64,000 nt of DNA from Thermoanaerobaculia bacterium. GTDB lineage: Bacteria > Acidobacteriota > Thermoanaerobaculia > UBA5066 > Gp7-AA6. Positions within the stretch are counted from its first letter, which is position 1. Every line of letters starts with the position of its first letter. Below, in pieces: positions 1 to 7,408 of this stretch. Position numbers and translations under genes: made by a program. The notes beneath the pieces were generated by a model. It did no database searches and was not told the DNA's origin. It was given only the letters and a program-made list of their open reading frames with translations. The stretch is taken from assembly GCA_036558325.1 (NCBI GenBank), contig DATBFU010000061.1, forward strand, positions 13,604 through 77,603. The letters run 5' to 3'.

Positions 1-372
1 CGCCGCCGGAGCGCCCGCCCGGTCCTCGACGGCGAAGCCGAAGCGCGGAAAGAAGTCCCGAGCGGTCTCCGTCAGCAGGTAGACGTCCCGGACGCCGAGC
101 GTTTCGGCCAGGCGGAGAGCTTCTCTGGTCAGCTCCCTTCCGAGCCCCTGGCCGCGAGCGGCCGGGGAGACCGCCAGGGAGCGGAGAAGGCCCACGCCGC
201 CGTACACTTCGATCGCGACGCAGCCGACGATTCGCCCCCCGCGCGACGCGACCACCGCGTGCGCCAGCGCGTCCGCCACGCCGTCCACGGGCAGCCGGCA
301 TTCGCGCAGAAGCGCCGAAATGCCGTCCCGATCCGAATCTTCGGCCCTGCGCAGCACTCCTCGCTCATCCAT
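1..372 (-). CDS. GNAT family N-acetyltransferase (ArsN2/ArgA-like); 3' end runs off the window
   Basis: My own translation of the minus strand from the ATG at 372-370 gives MDERGVLRRAEDSDRDGISALLRECRLPVDG...GCVAIEVYGGVGLLRSLAVSPAARGQGLGRELTREALRLAE...FFPRFGF. It contains the GNAT acetyl-CoA motif (RGQGLG). It is absent from the ORF track because no stop lies inside the window. Confidence 0.7.
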   Translation of the reverse strand, partial: MDERGVLRRAEDSDRDGISALLRECRLPVDGVADALAHAVVASRGGRIVGCVAIEVYGGVGLLRSLAVSPAARGQGLGRELTREALRLAETLGVRDVYLLTETARDFFPRFGFAVEDRAGAPAA

Positions 373-435
373 ACATCGAAAACCATAGAACTATCTGGTC
401 GCCATGTCAACCGAGCGGGAGCGCCTCCGTTCGAC

Positions 436-2862
436 CTATTCCGAATCGATCGCCGCGGCCTCGACGGCGTCTTCGACGGCCTTCCGGTCGGCGCCGGACA
501 GGCCCGACGGCTTCAACTCGACGGTGACCTTCATGATCTTCCCGGTGAAGCGGCTGTTGATCGGCGTGTAATCGTTCGCAACGGCGGTCTCGCCGTCCAT
601 GCCGACGTCGATCCCTTCGTCGGCGGAGAACGAATACGGCTCGGTCTTCGGGACGTGCCCCTGCGCGACCTTCTGGCCGTCCAGGAAGAGCGTTCCCGTA
701 CCCCCGGCGCCCGGCTTCGGTGCGTCGGGGACGAATTCGTAGCGGATCTCGTGCTTGCCAGCCGCGAGGGGCGCCGATCCCGCGATGTTGGTCCGCTCGA
801 CGCCGAAATAGTTGTACTCGTGGTGGACGACGCCGTCCTTCATGTAGAGCACCCAGCCGCCGAACGCGCCGGCCTGCGCGATGATGACGCCGTTCGTCTT
901 CGCGTCGGAGAGCTCCACCGGCGCCGTGATCGTGTAGGCCGTGTTCTTGATGTTGATGAAGGCGTTCTCGGCGATCCCGGTCATGCCCGGATAGACGGTC
1001 ATCGTCGTGCGCCCGTTCAAGAGGTCGGGCCGTCCGGCGATCTTCGCGTCGAGGCGTTCCGAGCGGCGGTCGTCGATCGGCAGCACGTGATTCTCGACCG
1101 CGACCTTCAGGAAGAGGTCCTGCATCTCCTTCAGCTTCGCCGGATTCCTGGCCGCGAGGTCGTGCGCCTCGGAGAAGTCCTCCGCGGTGTGATACAGCTC
1201 CCAGGTGTCTGCCGTCAGCGGCGGCAGCGGCACGACGAGCCACGGGATCGAATGGCGCGCGGCGGCGATCCAGCCGTCGTGGTAGATGCCGCGATTTCCG
1301 AACATCTCGAAGTACTGTGTCGTGTGCCGCTCCGGGGCCGCCGGATCGTCCATCGCATAGAGCAACGAGGTGCCGTCGAACGGCCGCTGAACGCTTCCGT
1401 TGACGGATTTCGGAAAAGGCAGCTTCGCCGCTTCGAGCACCGTCGGCGCGATGTCGGTCACGTGCGTGAACTGCGAGCGCACCGTCCCGCCTTTCTGGAA
1501 CCGGGCCGGCCACCGGATCACGACGCCGTTGGTGGTGCCGCCGTAGTGGGAGGCGATCTGCTTGGTCCACTGGAACGGTGTGTCCCCGGCCCAGGCCCAG
1601 CCGATCGCGTAGTGCGGAAACGTGCTCGGGGTGCCCCACTCCTCGAGATGCGGCATGTTGATCTCGGCCGTATTGATGATGCCGTTCAACGCCATCATCT
1701 CGTTGTAGGCGCCTTCGGGCCCTCCCTCGGCGCTCGCTCCGTTGTCGCCGACGATGTAGATGAAGAGCGTGTTGTCCATCACGCCCATGTCCTCGAGGCC
1801 CTTCACGAGGCGTCCGACCTGCTCGTCGGTATGCTCGCCGAAACCGGCGTACGTCTCCATCTGCCGCGCTTCGATCTTCTTCTGCGCGGGCGTCTGCGAG
1901 TCCCACGAGGGGATCTCCCTGGGGCGGACGGTCAGGTCCGCGTTCGCCGGAATGACGCCCATCTTCTTCTGCCTCGCGAAGGTCTCCTGGCGCAGCGAGT
2001 CCCAGCCCCGATCAAACTCGCCCTTGTAGCGGTCGATGTACTCCTTCGGCACGTGGTGCGGCGCGTGGAGCGCGCCCGTGGCGAAGTAGACGAAGAACGG
2101 TTTGTCGGGCGTCAGCGAGTGCTGCGCCTGCATCCAGGCGAGCGCCTGGTTCGTCATGTCCACGGTGAAGTGGTAGTCCGGAGTCATCGCGTGCTCGACG
2201 CGGATCGTGCCGTCGTAGATGGCGGGCGCCCACTGGTTCGTCTCGCCGCCGATGAAGCCGTAGAACTTGTCGAAGCCGGAGTGCGTCGGCCAGCGGTCGA
2301 AGGGGCCGGACACCGAGACTTCCCATGGCGGCGTCTCGTGGTACTTGCCGAAGGCCGCCGTGCTGTAGCCGTTCAGGCGCAGGATCTCGGCGAGCGGCGC
2401 GACGTTCTGAGGCCGAATGCCCGTGTTGCCGGGAAAGGCCGTCGCGAGCTCCATGATGGCGCCCGCGTTGTTGACGTGGTGGTTGCGGCCTGTGAGGAGC
2501 GCCACGCGCGTCGGCGAGCAGAGCGCCGTGGTGTGGAAGTTGTTGAGCCGGATCCCCTCGGACGCGAGACGGTCGAGCGTCGCCATCCGGATTGGACCGC
2601 CGAAGGCGCTCGATTGGCCGAAACCGATGTCGTCGAGAAGCACGACGACGACGTTCGGGGCGCCCTCCGGCGCACGGACCTGAAAGCGCGCCGGGGCTTT
2701 GGCATCGCGGGCGGAAAGATCCGTGATCGTCGGCGGCGCGGGCTCGGGGATCGGAAGCACCGTGCGGTCGAGCGTCTGCGAGAGCGAAGGCCCCGGACCC
2801 GAGAAGAAGACCGCGAGACCGGCGGCGAGGAATCCGAGGACCCGTTTCGTCCGATCGTTCAA
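436..2862 (-). CDS. arylsulfatase (formylglycine-dependent sulfatase), exported
   Basis: 808-aa ORF with a TTG start preceded by a GAAGGGGGG SD and an N-terminal signal-like segment. It carries the sulfatase CxPxR signature LCSPTRVALLTGR and downstream sulfatase blocks (GKYH, DNG). Confidence 0.9.
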   Translation of the reverse strand: MNDRTKRVLGFLAAGLAVFFSGPGPSLSQTLDRTVLPIPEPAPPTITDLSARDAKAPARFQVRAPEGAPNVVVVLLDDIGFGQSSAFGGPIRMATLDRLASEGIRLNNFHTTALCSPTRVALLTGRNHHVNNAGAIMELATAFPGNTGIRPQNVAPLAEILRLNGYSTAAFGKYHETPPWEVSVSGPFDRWPTHSGFDKFYGFIGGETNQWAPAIYDGTIRVEHAMTPDYHFTVDMTNQALAWMQAQHSLTPDKPFFVYFATGALHAPHHVPKEYIDRYKGEFDRGWDSLRQETFARQKKMGVIPANADLTVRPREIPSWDSQTPAQKKIEARQMETYAGFGEHTDEQVGRLVKGLEDMGVMDNTLFIYIVGDNGASAEGGPEGAYNEMMALNGIINTAEINMPHLEEWGTPSTFPHYAIGWAWAGDTPFQWTKQIASHYGGTTNGVVIRWPARFQKGGTVRSQFTHVTDIAPTVLEAAKLPFPKSVNGSVQRPFDGTSLLYAMDDPAAPERHTTQYFEMFGNRGIYHDGWIAAARHSIPWLVVPLPPLTADTWELYHTAEDFSEAHDLAARNPAKLKEMQDLFLKVAVENHVLPIDDRRSERLDAKIAGRPDLLNGRTTMTVYPGMTGIAENAFINIKNTAYTITAPVELSDAKTNGVIIAQAGAFGGWVLYMKDGVVHHEYNYFGVERTNIAGSAPLAAGKHEIRYEFVPDAPKPGAGGTGTLFLDGQKVAQGHVPKTEPYSFSADEGIDVGMDGETAVANDYTPINSRFTGKIMKVTVELKPSGLSGADRKAVEDAVEAAAIDSE

Positions 2863-2949
2863 GGCGCCCCCCTTCGAATGTCGCGGAAAAGCGGCGGAAT
2901 CCTATAACGGCGGTGAATTCCGCCGGGGGTCGGGAAATGGCCTCGAGCC

Positions 2950-3240
2950 GCGCGACGTCCTATTTCGTGGACGGCGCCGCCGGAACAGGGACAGCGGGAT
3001 GAGGTTGCCCGTCGCGACATAGCCTCCGTCGTTGGGACCGCTTCGTCGAAATCCACCACCGCGTCGAAGCCGGAGCCCCCGCGGATCCAGGCGTTGACCC
3101 TCCGGCGCACGCCTTCCTTTCCCGGCGTGAAGAAGAGAATCGTCGGGGTCTGGAACGTCGCGTCCTCGAACGGCGGGATCGTCGTCGACGTTCCTACGAT
3201 CCTCGCCTCATCGACGCCGAGGCGGAGCGCCTCGAGGGGT
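2950..3240 (-). pseudogene. decayed remnant of an SGNH/GDSL hydrolase (C-terminal third only, internal deletion and frameshift)
   Basis: The minus-strand frame reads ...ARIVGTSTTIPPFEDA...ILFFTPGKEGVRRRVNAWIRGGSGFDAVVDFDEAV. The conserved downstream block PNDGGYVATGNL then appears in the +1 frame, with the expected ~20 residues (..DSGDHLH) missing. No N-terminal GDS block is present upstream. Confidence 0.5.
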
Positions 3241-3556
3241 GGATCCGGGAACTGTGAGCCGGCACTTCCGGACGGGCGGCGCGGCTCCTGCGCGGCGGGA
3301 AAAAATGGGCCGCTAACGCCCCCGCGGACTCGCGGCCCCCAGACGAAAGGCGCTTTTTCAGATAGCAAAATGCTCGCCAGGAGGGCCGGGGTCGAGCGGC
3401 TTCGGCGCTTGGCTCGCGACTCGGCTTCACCGTTTCCAGCGGAGCTCCTCAGACAGCCGGAGGCGCTTTGCGCCAGCCGGCGCTGGCCGCCTTCCGCGGC
3501 AATGAAATGCCGCCGGACTCGACGAATTGAGGAGAGAGCCGGCGACTCGTCGAATC

Positions 3557-3574
3557 TGGCCTGCCCGGGCGGAT
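3557..3574. repeat. exact 18-nt duplicate of the 3' end of tRNA-Arg (att-like direct repeat)
   Basis: tggcctgcccgggcggat occurs at 3557-3574 and again at 3681-3698 (CCA end, acceptor 3' strand and T-stem of the tRNA). The next tRNA block ttcgaaccgccga (3698-3710) recurs at 3638-3650. Confidence 0.8.
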
Positions 3575-3680
3575 GAGCGGCGGGCGTACCCGCCGCTTGT
3601 CGCGTGTTTGCGCTCGCTGCGCTCGCGCCACGCTCGGTTCGAACCGCCGATCCGGGTACCCGAGAAGCAGCCAGACGAGA

Positions 3681-3758
3681 TGGCCTGCCCGGGCGGATTC
3701 GAACCGCCGACCTACGGCTTAGAAGGCCGTTGCTCTATCCGGGCTGAGCTACGGGCAG
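3681..3758 (-). tRNA. tRNA-Arg (anticodon TCT), CCA encoded
   Basis: The reverse complement folds by hand into a cloverleaf:
- acceptor stem CTGCCCG/CGGGCAG
- D arm GCTC-AGCCCGGATA-GAGC
- anticodon arm ACGGC-CTTCTAA-GCCGT
- variable loop AGGTC
- T arm GGCGG-TTCGAAT-CCGCC
- discriminator G, then CCA. Confidence 0.93.
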
Positions 3759-3794
3759 GGAACCTCATTATCGGCCAGCGGCGGCCCGGCCCGC

Positions 3795-4262
3795 TCAGAA
3801 CATCCACGCCCCTCGCGCCATGAGCGCCGCGGCGAACGGAATCAGGACGACGATCGCGACCTCGAGGTCGTTCAGGCGAACGAGCAAAGGCAGGCGCGCT
3901 CCGGCGACATCGACGGGGCCGCGGGACCCGGCGATCCGCCACCGGATGAACGTGACCATCGGAAGGATCTCGAGCGCCAGCACGAGCGCGAAGAGCCCCA
4001 TCTTCACCCAGAAGAATCCGTTGCGAAGATAGAAGTCCGGCGTCTTCTCGATGTGCCCGAACGCGCGCAACAGCCCCGTCGCGATCCACAGCAGCGCGGC
4101 GACGCCCCAGAGATTGTCGGCGACGAGAAGCCGCTTCCGGGCGACGGCGTCTTCCGGCGCGCGCACGAGGTCGCGCAGACGTCTTCCCCGCGCGAAGACA
4201 GCCCCGAGCCCGAGCCCGAGCGCGAGAACATGCAGCGCCGAGAGCGACGCCCGGAGGATCAC
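3795..4262 (-). CDS. small 4-TM membrane protein (DUF2214-like)
   Basis: This is the C-terminal 155 codons of the 3795..5243 track ORF, starting at the GTG at 4262. The sequence is hydrophobic: VILRASLSALHVLALGLGLGAVF...FFWVKMGLFALVLALEILPMV...AIVVLIPFAAALMARG. The upstream part of the track ORF is antisense to the MetE-like gene and is rejected. Confidence 0.6.
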   Translation of the reverse strand: MILRASLSALHVLALGLGLGAVFARGRRLRDLVRAPEDAVARKRLLVADNLWGVAALLWIATGLLRAFGHIEKTPDFYLRNGFFWVKMGLFALVLALEILPMVTFIRWRIAGSRGPVDVAGARLPLLVRLNDLEVAIVVLIPFAAALMARGAWMF

Positions 4263-4301
4263 GCGCGGATCATAGCCGCGCGACGGCGCGAGCACGCGCG
4301 A

Positions 4302-4307
4302 TAGAGT
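4302..4307 (+). promoter_or_regulatory. candidate -10 box TAGAGT, 6 nt upstream of the ATG (leaderless transcript predicted)
   Basis: The sequence is gcgcgaTAGAGTcgcgccATG, with no SD between the box and the start at 4314. Confidence 0.35.
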
Positions 4308-4313
4308 CGCGCC

Positions 4314-5375
4314 ATGACGCTCCCCACCGAACCGATCGGCAGCATTCCCCGGCCGAGGGCCCTCATCGAAGCCATGCAGGGCGCGGCGGCCGGAGGGGTC
4401 GCCCCCGAGCGCCTCGAAGCGCTCTTCGACGACGCCGTCGGCGACACGATCCGCCGCTTCGAGGAGACCGGCTCCCCCATCATCACGGACGGCGAGCAGC
4501 GCAAGCCGTCCTTCGCGACGTACCCGATTCACGGCGCGACGAACCTCAAGCCCGGAGGTGTGACGATCAAGTTCGCGGACGGCCACGAGCGCCAGCTCCC
4601 GGTCATCGCCGCGGGCCCGTTCCGCTACACGACGTATGCCGCGAGCTACCTCGACGCCGCGAAGAAGCACGCGCACCGGCCTCTCAAGGAAGCCGTCATC
4701 TCGGCCTCGGCGCTGTCGCTGCTCTACCCGCAGTCCGGCATCCCGGGCTACTCGCAGGATGCCTTCCTCGGCGATCTCGTGAACGAAGCGGCGAAGGACA
4801 TCCGCCAGTGTCTCGACCGCGGCGCGCCGGTACAGATCGACTTCACCGAAGGACGGCTCGCCGTGAAGCTCGATCCGTCGAAGGGTCTTCTGAATACCTT
4901 CGTCGATCTGAACAACCGCGTGCTCGACAGGTTCTCCGCCGCGGACCGCAGGAAGATCGGCGTCCATACCTGCCCGGGCGGCGACAAGGACTCGACGCAC
5001 AGCGCCGACGTCGATTACGCGGATCTTCTTCCCGCGCTCTTTCGCCTCAACGTCGGGAACTTCTATGTCCAGCTCGCGAGCGAGAAGGACCGCCCGCGCG
5101 TCCTCGCGATCCTCGCCAAGCACGCCACCGGCGACCGCCGGATCTTCGTCGGCGTGATCGACCCGATCGATCCGCGCGTCGAGTCGGCCGAGACCGTGCG
5201 CGACCGCATCCTCGAGGCCGCGAAATTCATCCCAGCCTCCCACCTCGGTTCGACCGACGACTGCGGCTTCTCGCCCTTCGGCGACGACACGTCCACGTCA
5301 CGCGACACGGCGTTCGCGAAGATCAAGGCGCGTGTCGCGGGAAACGAGATGGCGTCGAAGACGCTCGGGGTCTGA
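4314..5375 (+). CDS. cobalamin-independent methionine synthase (MetE C-terminal domain)-like methyltransferase
   Basis: 353-aa ORF with Meth_synt_2-like blocks: PRPRALIEA, ITDGEQRKPSF, and the zinc-ligand contexts HTCPGG and DDCGFSPF. Confidence 0.8.
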   Translation: MTLPTEPIGSIPRPRALIEAMQGAAAGGVAPERLEALFDDAVGDTIRRFEETGSPIITDGEQRKPSFATYPIHGATNLKPGGVTIKFADGHERQLPVIAAGPFRYTTYAASYLDAAKKHAHRPLKEAVISASALSLLYPQSGIPGYSQDAFLGDLVNEAAKDIRQCLDRGAPVQIDFTEGRLAVKLDPSKGLLNTFVDLNNRVLDRFSAADRRKIGVHTCPGGDKDSTHSADVDYADLLPALFRLNVGNFYVQLASEKDRPRVLAILAKHATGDRRIFVGVIDPIDPRVESAETVRDRILEAAKFIPASHLGSTDDCGFSPFGDDTSTSRDTAFAKIKARVAGNEMASKTLGV

Positions 5376-5452
5376 GTCGAGCCGGAAAGTCTCGCGGCGG
5401 CGGGAGCCTCGCCCTCCCGCCGCTCGAGGCGACGATCTCCTGGACGACCGCG

Positions 5453-6064
5453 CTACTGGACGACGCTCGAGAGGAGGCCGCCCACCGTGGGGCCCGCGAC
5501 CTTCCCGATGTATTGCGTGACGAGCGGCGTGACCTTCGAAGCCACCTCCGGGCTGATGCCGAGCTTCGCGTAGGCCGCATTGAGCCCGTTCGCGTCGCCG
5601 ATCGGACCCGTCACCGCGCCGAGATCCTTGGCCTTCTGCACGTAGCCGGTCGCGCCGGGAACGGCGTTGGCGACCTGCGTGTAGTCCGAGGCCGGCAGCT
5701 TCTCCTGCGCGAGCGTGAGAACCGATCCCACCGCGCCGGAAGCCTGATCGCCCGTCAGCCCGAGGCTCGAGCCGAGCAGGCTCGCGACGTCGCCTCCGGC
5801 CGCGGCCGTGGCGGCTCCCGCGGCGGCGGACATCGTGCCGGTATCCGCCGTGTGAGTCGTCCCGGCCGTCGAGGTCGATGGAGAAGTCGAAGAGGGCGCC
5901 GATGCGGTCGAGGCGGGCGGCGGCGTGTTGGCCGCGGTGGTGGTGCCGGAGCTTCCCGACGAAGTCGAGGTCGTCGGGGTCGAGCTCGAGCACGCCGCGG
6001 CGAACGTGAGCGCCGCCGCGAAAGAAACGAGAACGCCGAGTCGAATCGTGGGTTTCATGGACAC
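5453..6064 (-). CDS. lipoprotein with Ser/Thr/Pro-rich linker and DUF2780-like C-terminal domain
   Basis: The lipobox is LTFAAAC, followed by a low-complexity STP stretch. The C-terminal part (LGLTGDQASGAVGSVLTLAQEKLP...LGISPEVASKVTPLVTQYIGK) resembles DUF2780. Confidence 0.65.
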   Translation of the reverse strand: MSMKPTIRLGVLVSFAAALTFAAACSSSTPTTSTSSGSSGTTTAANTPPPASTASAPSSTSPSTSTAGTTHTADTGTMSAAAGAATAAAGGDVASLLGSSLGLTGDQASGAVGSVLTLAQEKLPASDYTQVANAVPGATGYVQKAKDLGAVTGPIGDANGLNAAYAKLGISPEVASKVTPLVTQYIGKVAGPTVGGLLSSVVQ

Positions 6065-6115
6065 CTCCTGTTCCTGACGCCGATCCTCCCGGGCGAGGGG
6101 GAGGTGCCCCCTATC

Positions 6116-6652
6116 CTAGCGCCGCGCCGTGGACGCTGCTGCCCCGGCGGCCCCGCCGCCGTCCAGGTAGAGAAGGTAGTCGGTCGACAGCGGCTTCTTT
6201 CCGAGCTGTCTCAGGAGTGTCGCAACCTGGCCCCGGTGATAGGTGCCGTGGTTGACGATGTGGACCATGGCCTCGCCCAGCGCGTACGTCCACGTCTGCC
6301 CCGCGAAATTGACGTAAGTGATCTTCGACGCGAGGCGCTCCGGCGTGAGGCCGGCCAGAAAGGCCTTTTGCCCCTCCTCGACCTCGGCCAGCCGGCGGCG
6401 CAGATCCTCGACCGTCGCGAATTCCGACGGGAGCGCGCGCGGCGAGCGCCCGTGCCAGCGCTCGAGCCACACCCACTCGGCGCCGACGAGGTGCGTGAGC
6501 GTTCCGAGGACCGACGTGAAACTGCCGCCGACCGACCGCGAGAGCTCCTCGGCCGTGAGCGCCGCCGCGCCTTCGATCGCCCGCGCGTTCGCCCAGCGGT
6601 TGTAGTCCAGGAGGCGCGAGACCTCCTCGGGTGAGTTGCCGACCGTGCTCAC
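6116..6652 (-). CDS. DinB family protein
   Basis: The GTG start at 6652 overlaps the upstream stop (GTGA). DinB-like helices are present: YNRWANARAIEGA..., LTHLVGAEWVWLERW, HIVNHGTYHRGQV. Confidence 0.8.
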   Translation of the reverse strand: MSTVGNSPEEVSRLLDYNRWANARAIEGAAALTAEELSRSVGGSFTSVLGTLTHLVGAEWVWLERWHGRSPRALPSEFATVEDLRRRLAEVEEGQKAFLAGLTPERLASKITYVNFAGQTWTYALGEAMVHIVNHGTYHRGQVATLLRQLGKKPLSTDYLLYLDGGGAAGAAASTARR

Positions 6653-7374
6653 TTCTTCGATTCCTTCATCGCCTTCTCCATCTCCGCCGCGAACTTCTCG
6701 TAGTCGGTGTTCGTGACGTCGAAGGAGCCAAACATGTAGTTGGTGTTCGCGAAGTCCCACTTCTTCGCGTCGTCGTAGGTCTGTTTCTCCGTGATCCCCT
6801 GGCTCCATTCCTTGTGGATCGGCTCGGGCACGATCGGGTTCGAGATCTTCGGCGCGCCGCCGCGGCCGCCCGGGAACAGGTGCGCCGAGAAGCTCCCGTA
6901 CTGCCCGAGCGTGATCCGGTGCGTCTCTCCTTCCCGGGTCCGCGTGATCGCCACGTAGCGCACCTTCGTGCGGTCGGGAGGAATCGGCGGGAACGTCTGG
7001 CGCGCGATCTGCTCGAGCGCCGCGCGCTGCTTCGCGTCGGCCTTTTCATCGATGTAGAAATAGCCGAAATTCCAGTCGCCCATGGATTCGGCCATCGTCT
7101 TGCCCTCGGGACTTTGGGCGAACTGCGCGACCGCGAGGCCGTCGAGCGGCACGCCGCCGTAGTTGCCTTTCTCGATGAAGAGCACCTGCCCGCCCGAGCA
7201 CGCCATCTGCGTCGGGTGCGATCCCCACCAGCAGGGACAGGCCGCGTCGCACGAGCACGACTCCTCGAGCTCTCCCTTCATGTGCCAGGGAGTCTTGGCC
7301 GCGTCCTGGGCGATTCCCGCCGCGGTGAGCGCCAGCGAGGCGAAGAAAAACGTGACCGTTCGAATCCCTCTCAT
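6649..7374 (-). CDS. DUF1326 domain-containing protein, exported
   Basis: The ATG at 7374 is preceded by GGAGGAGG. A signal peptide is present, and the Cys cluster CSCDAACPCWWG is typical of DUF1326. Confidence 0.75.
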   Translation of the reverse strand: MRGIRTVTFFFASLALTAAGIAQDAAKTPWHMKGELEESCSCDAACPCWWGSHPTQMACSGGQVLFIEKGNYGGVPLDGLAVAQFAQSPEGKTMAESMGDWNFGYFYIDEKADAKQRAALEQIARQTFPPIPPDRTKVRYVAITRTREGETHRITLGQYGSFSAHLFPGGRGGAPKISNPIVPEPIHKEWSQGITEKQTYDDAKKWDFANTNYMFGSFDVTNTDYEKFAAEMEKAMKESKK

Positions 7375-7408
7375 GACGACCTCCTCCATTAAGAGAGAAC
7401 GTCCTTAC

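Noticed and set aside
259-2907. 882-aa plus-strand ORF covering the arylsulfatase locus
   Set aside because: It lies antisense to a gene with clear sulfatase motifs. Its translation is Arg/Gly/Asp/Val-rich low-information sequence, typical of shadow ORFs in GC-rich DNA.
3557-4262. Integrated prophage or genomic island at tRNA-Arg
   Set aside because: Only the short att-like repeats are present. No integrase, excisionase or phage genes flank the tRNA, and the neighbouring genes look like ordinary chromosomal genes with the same composition.
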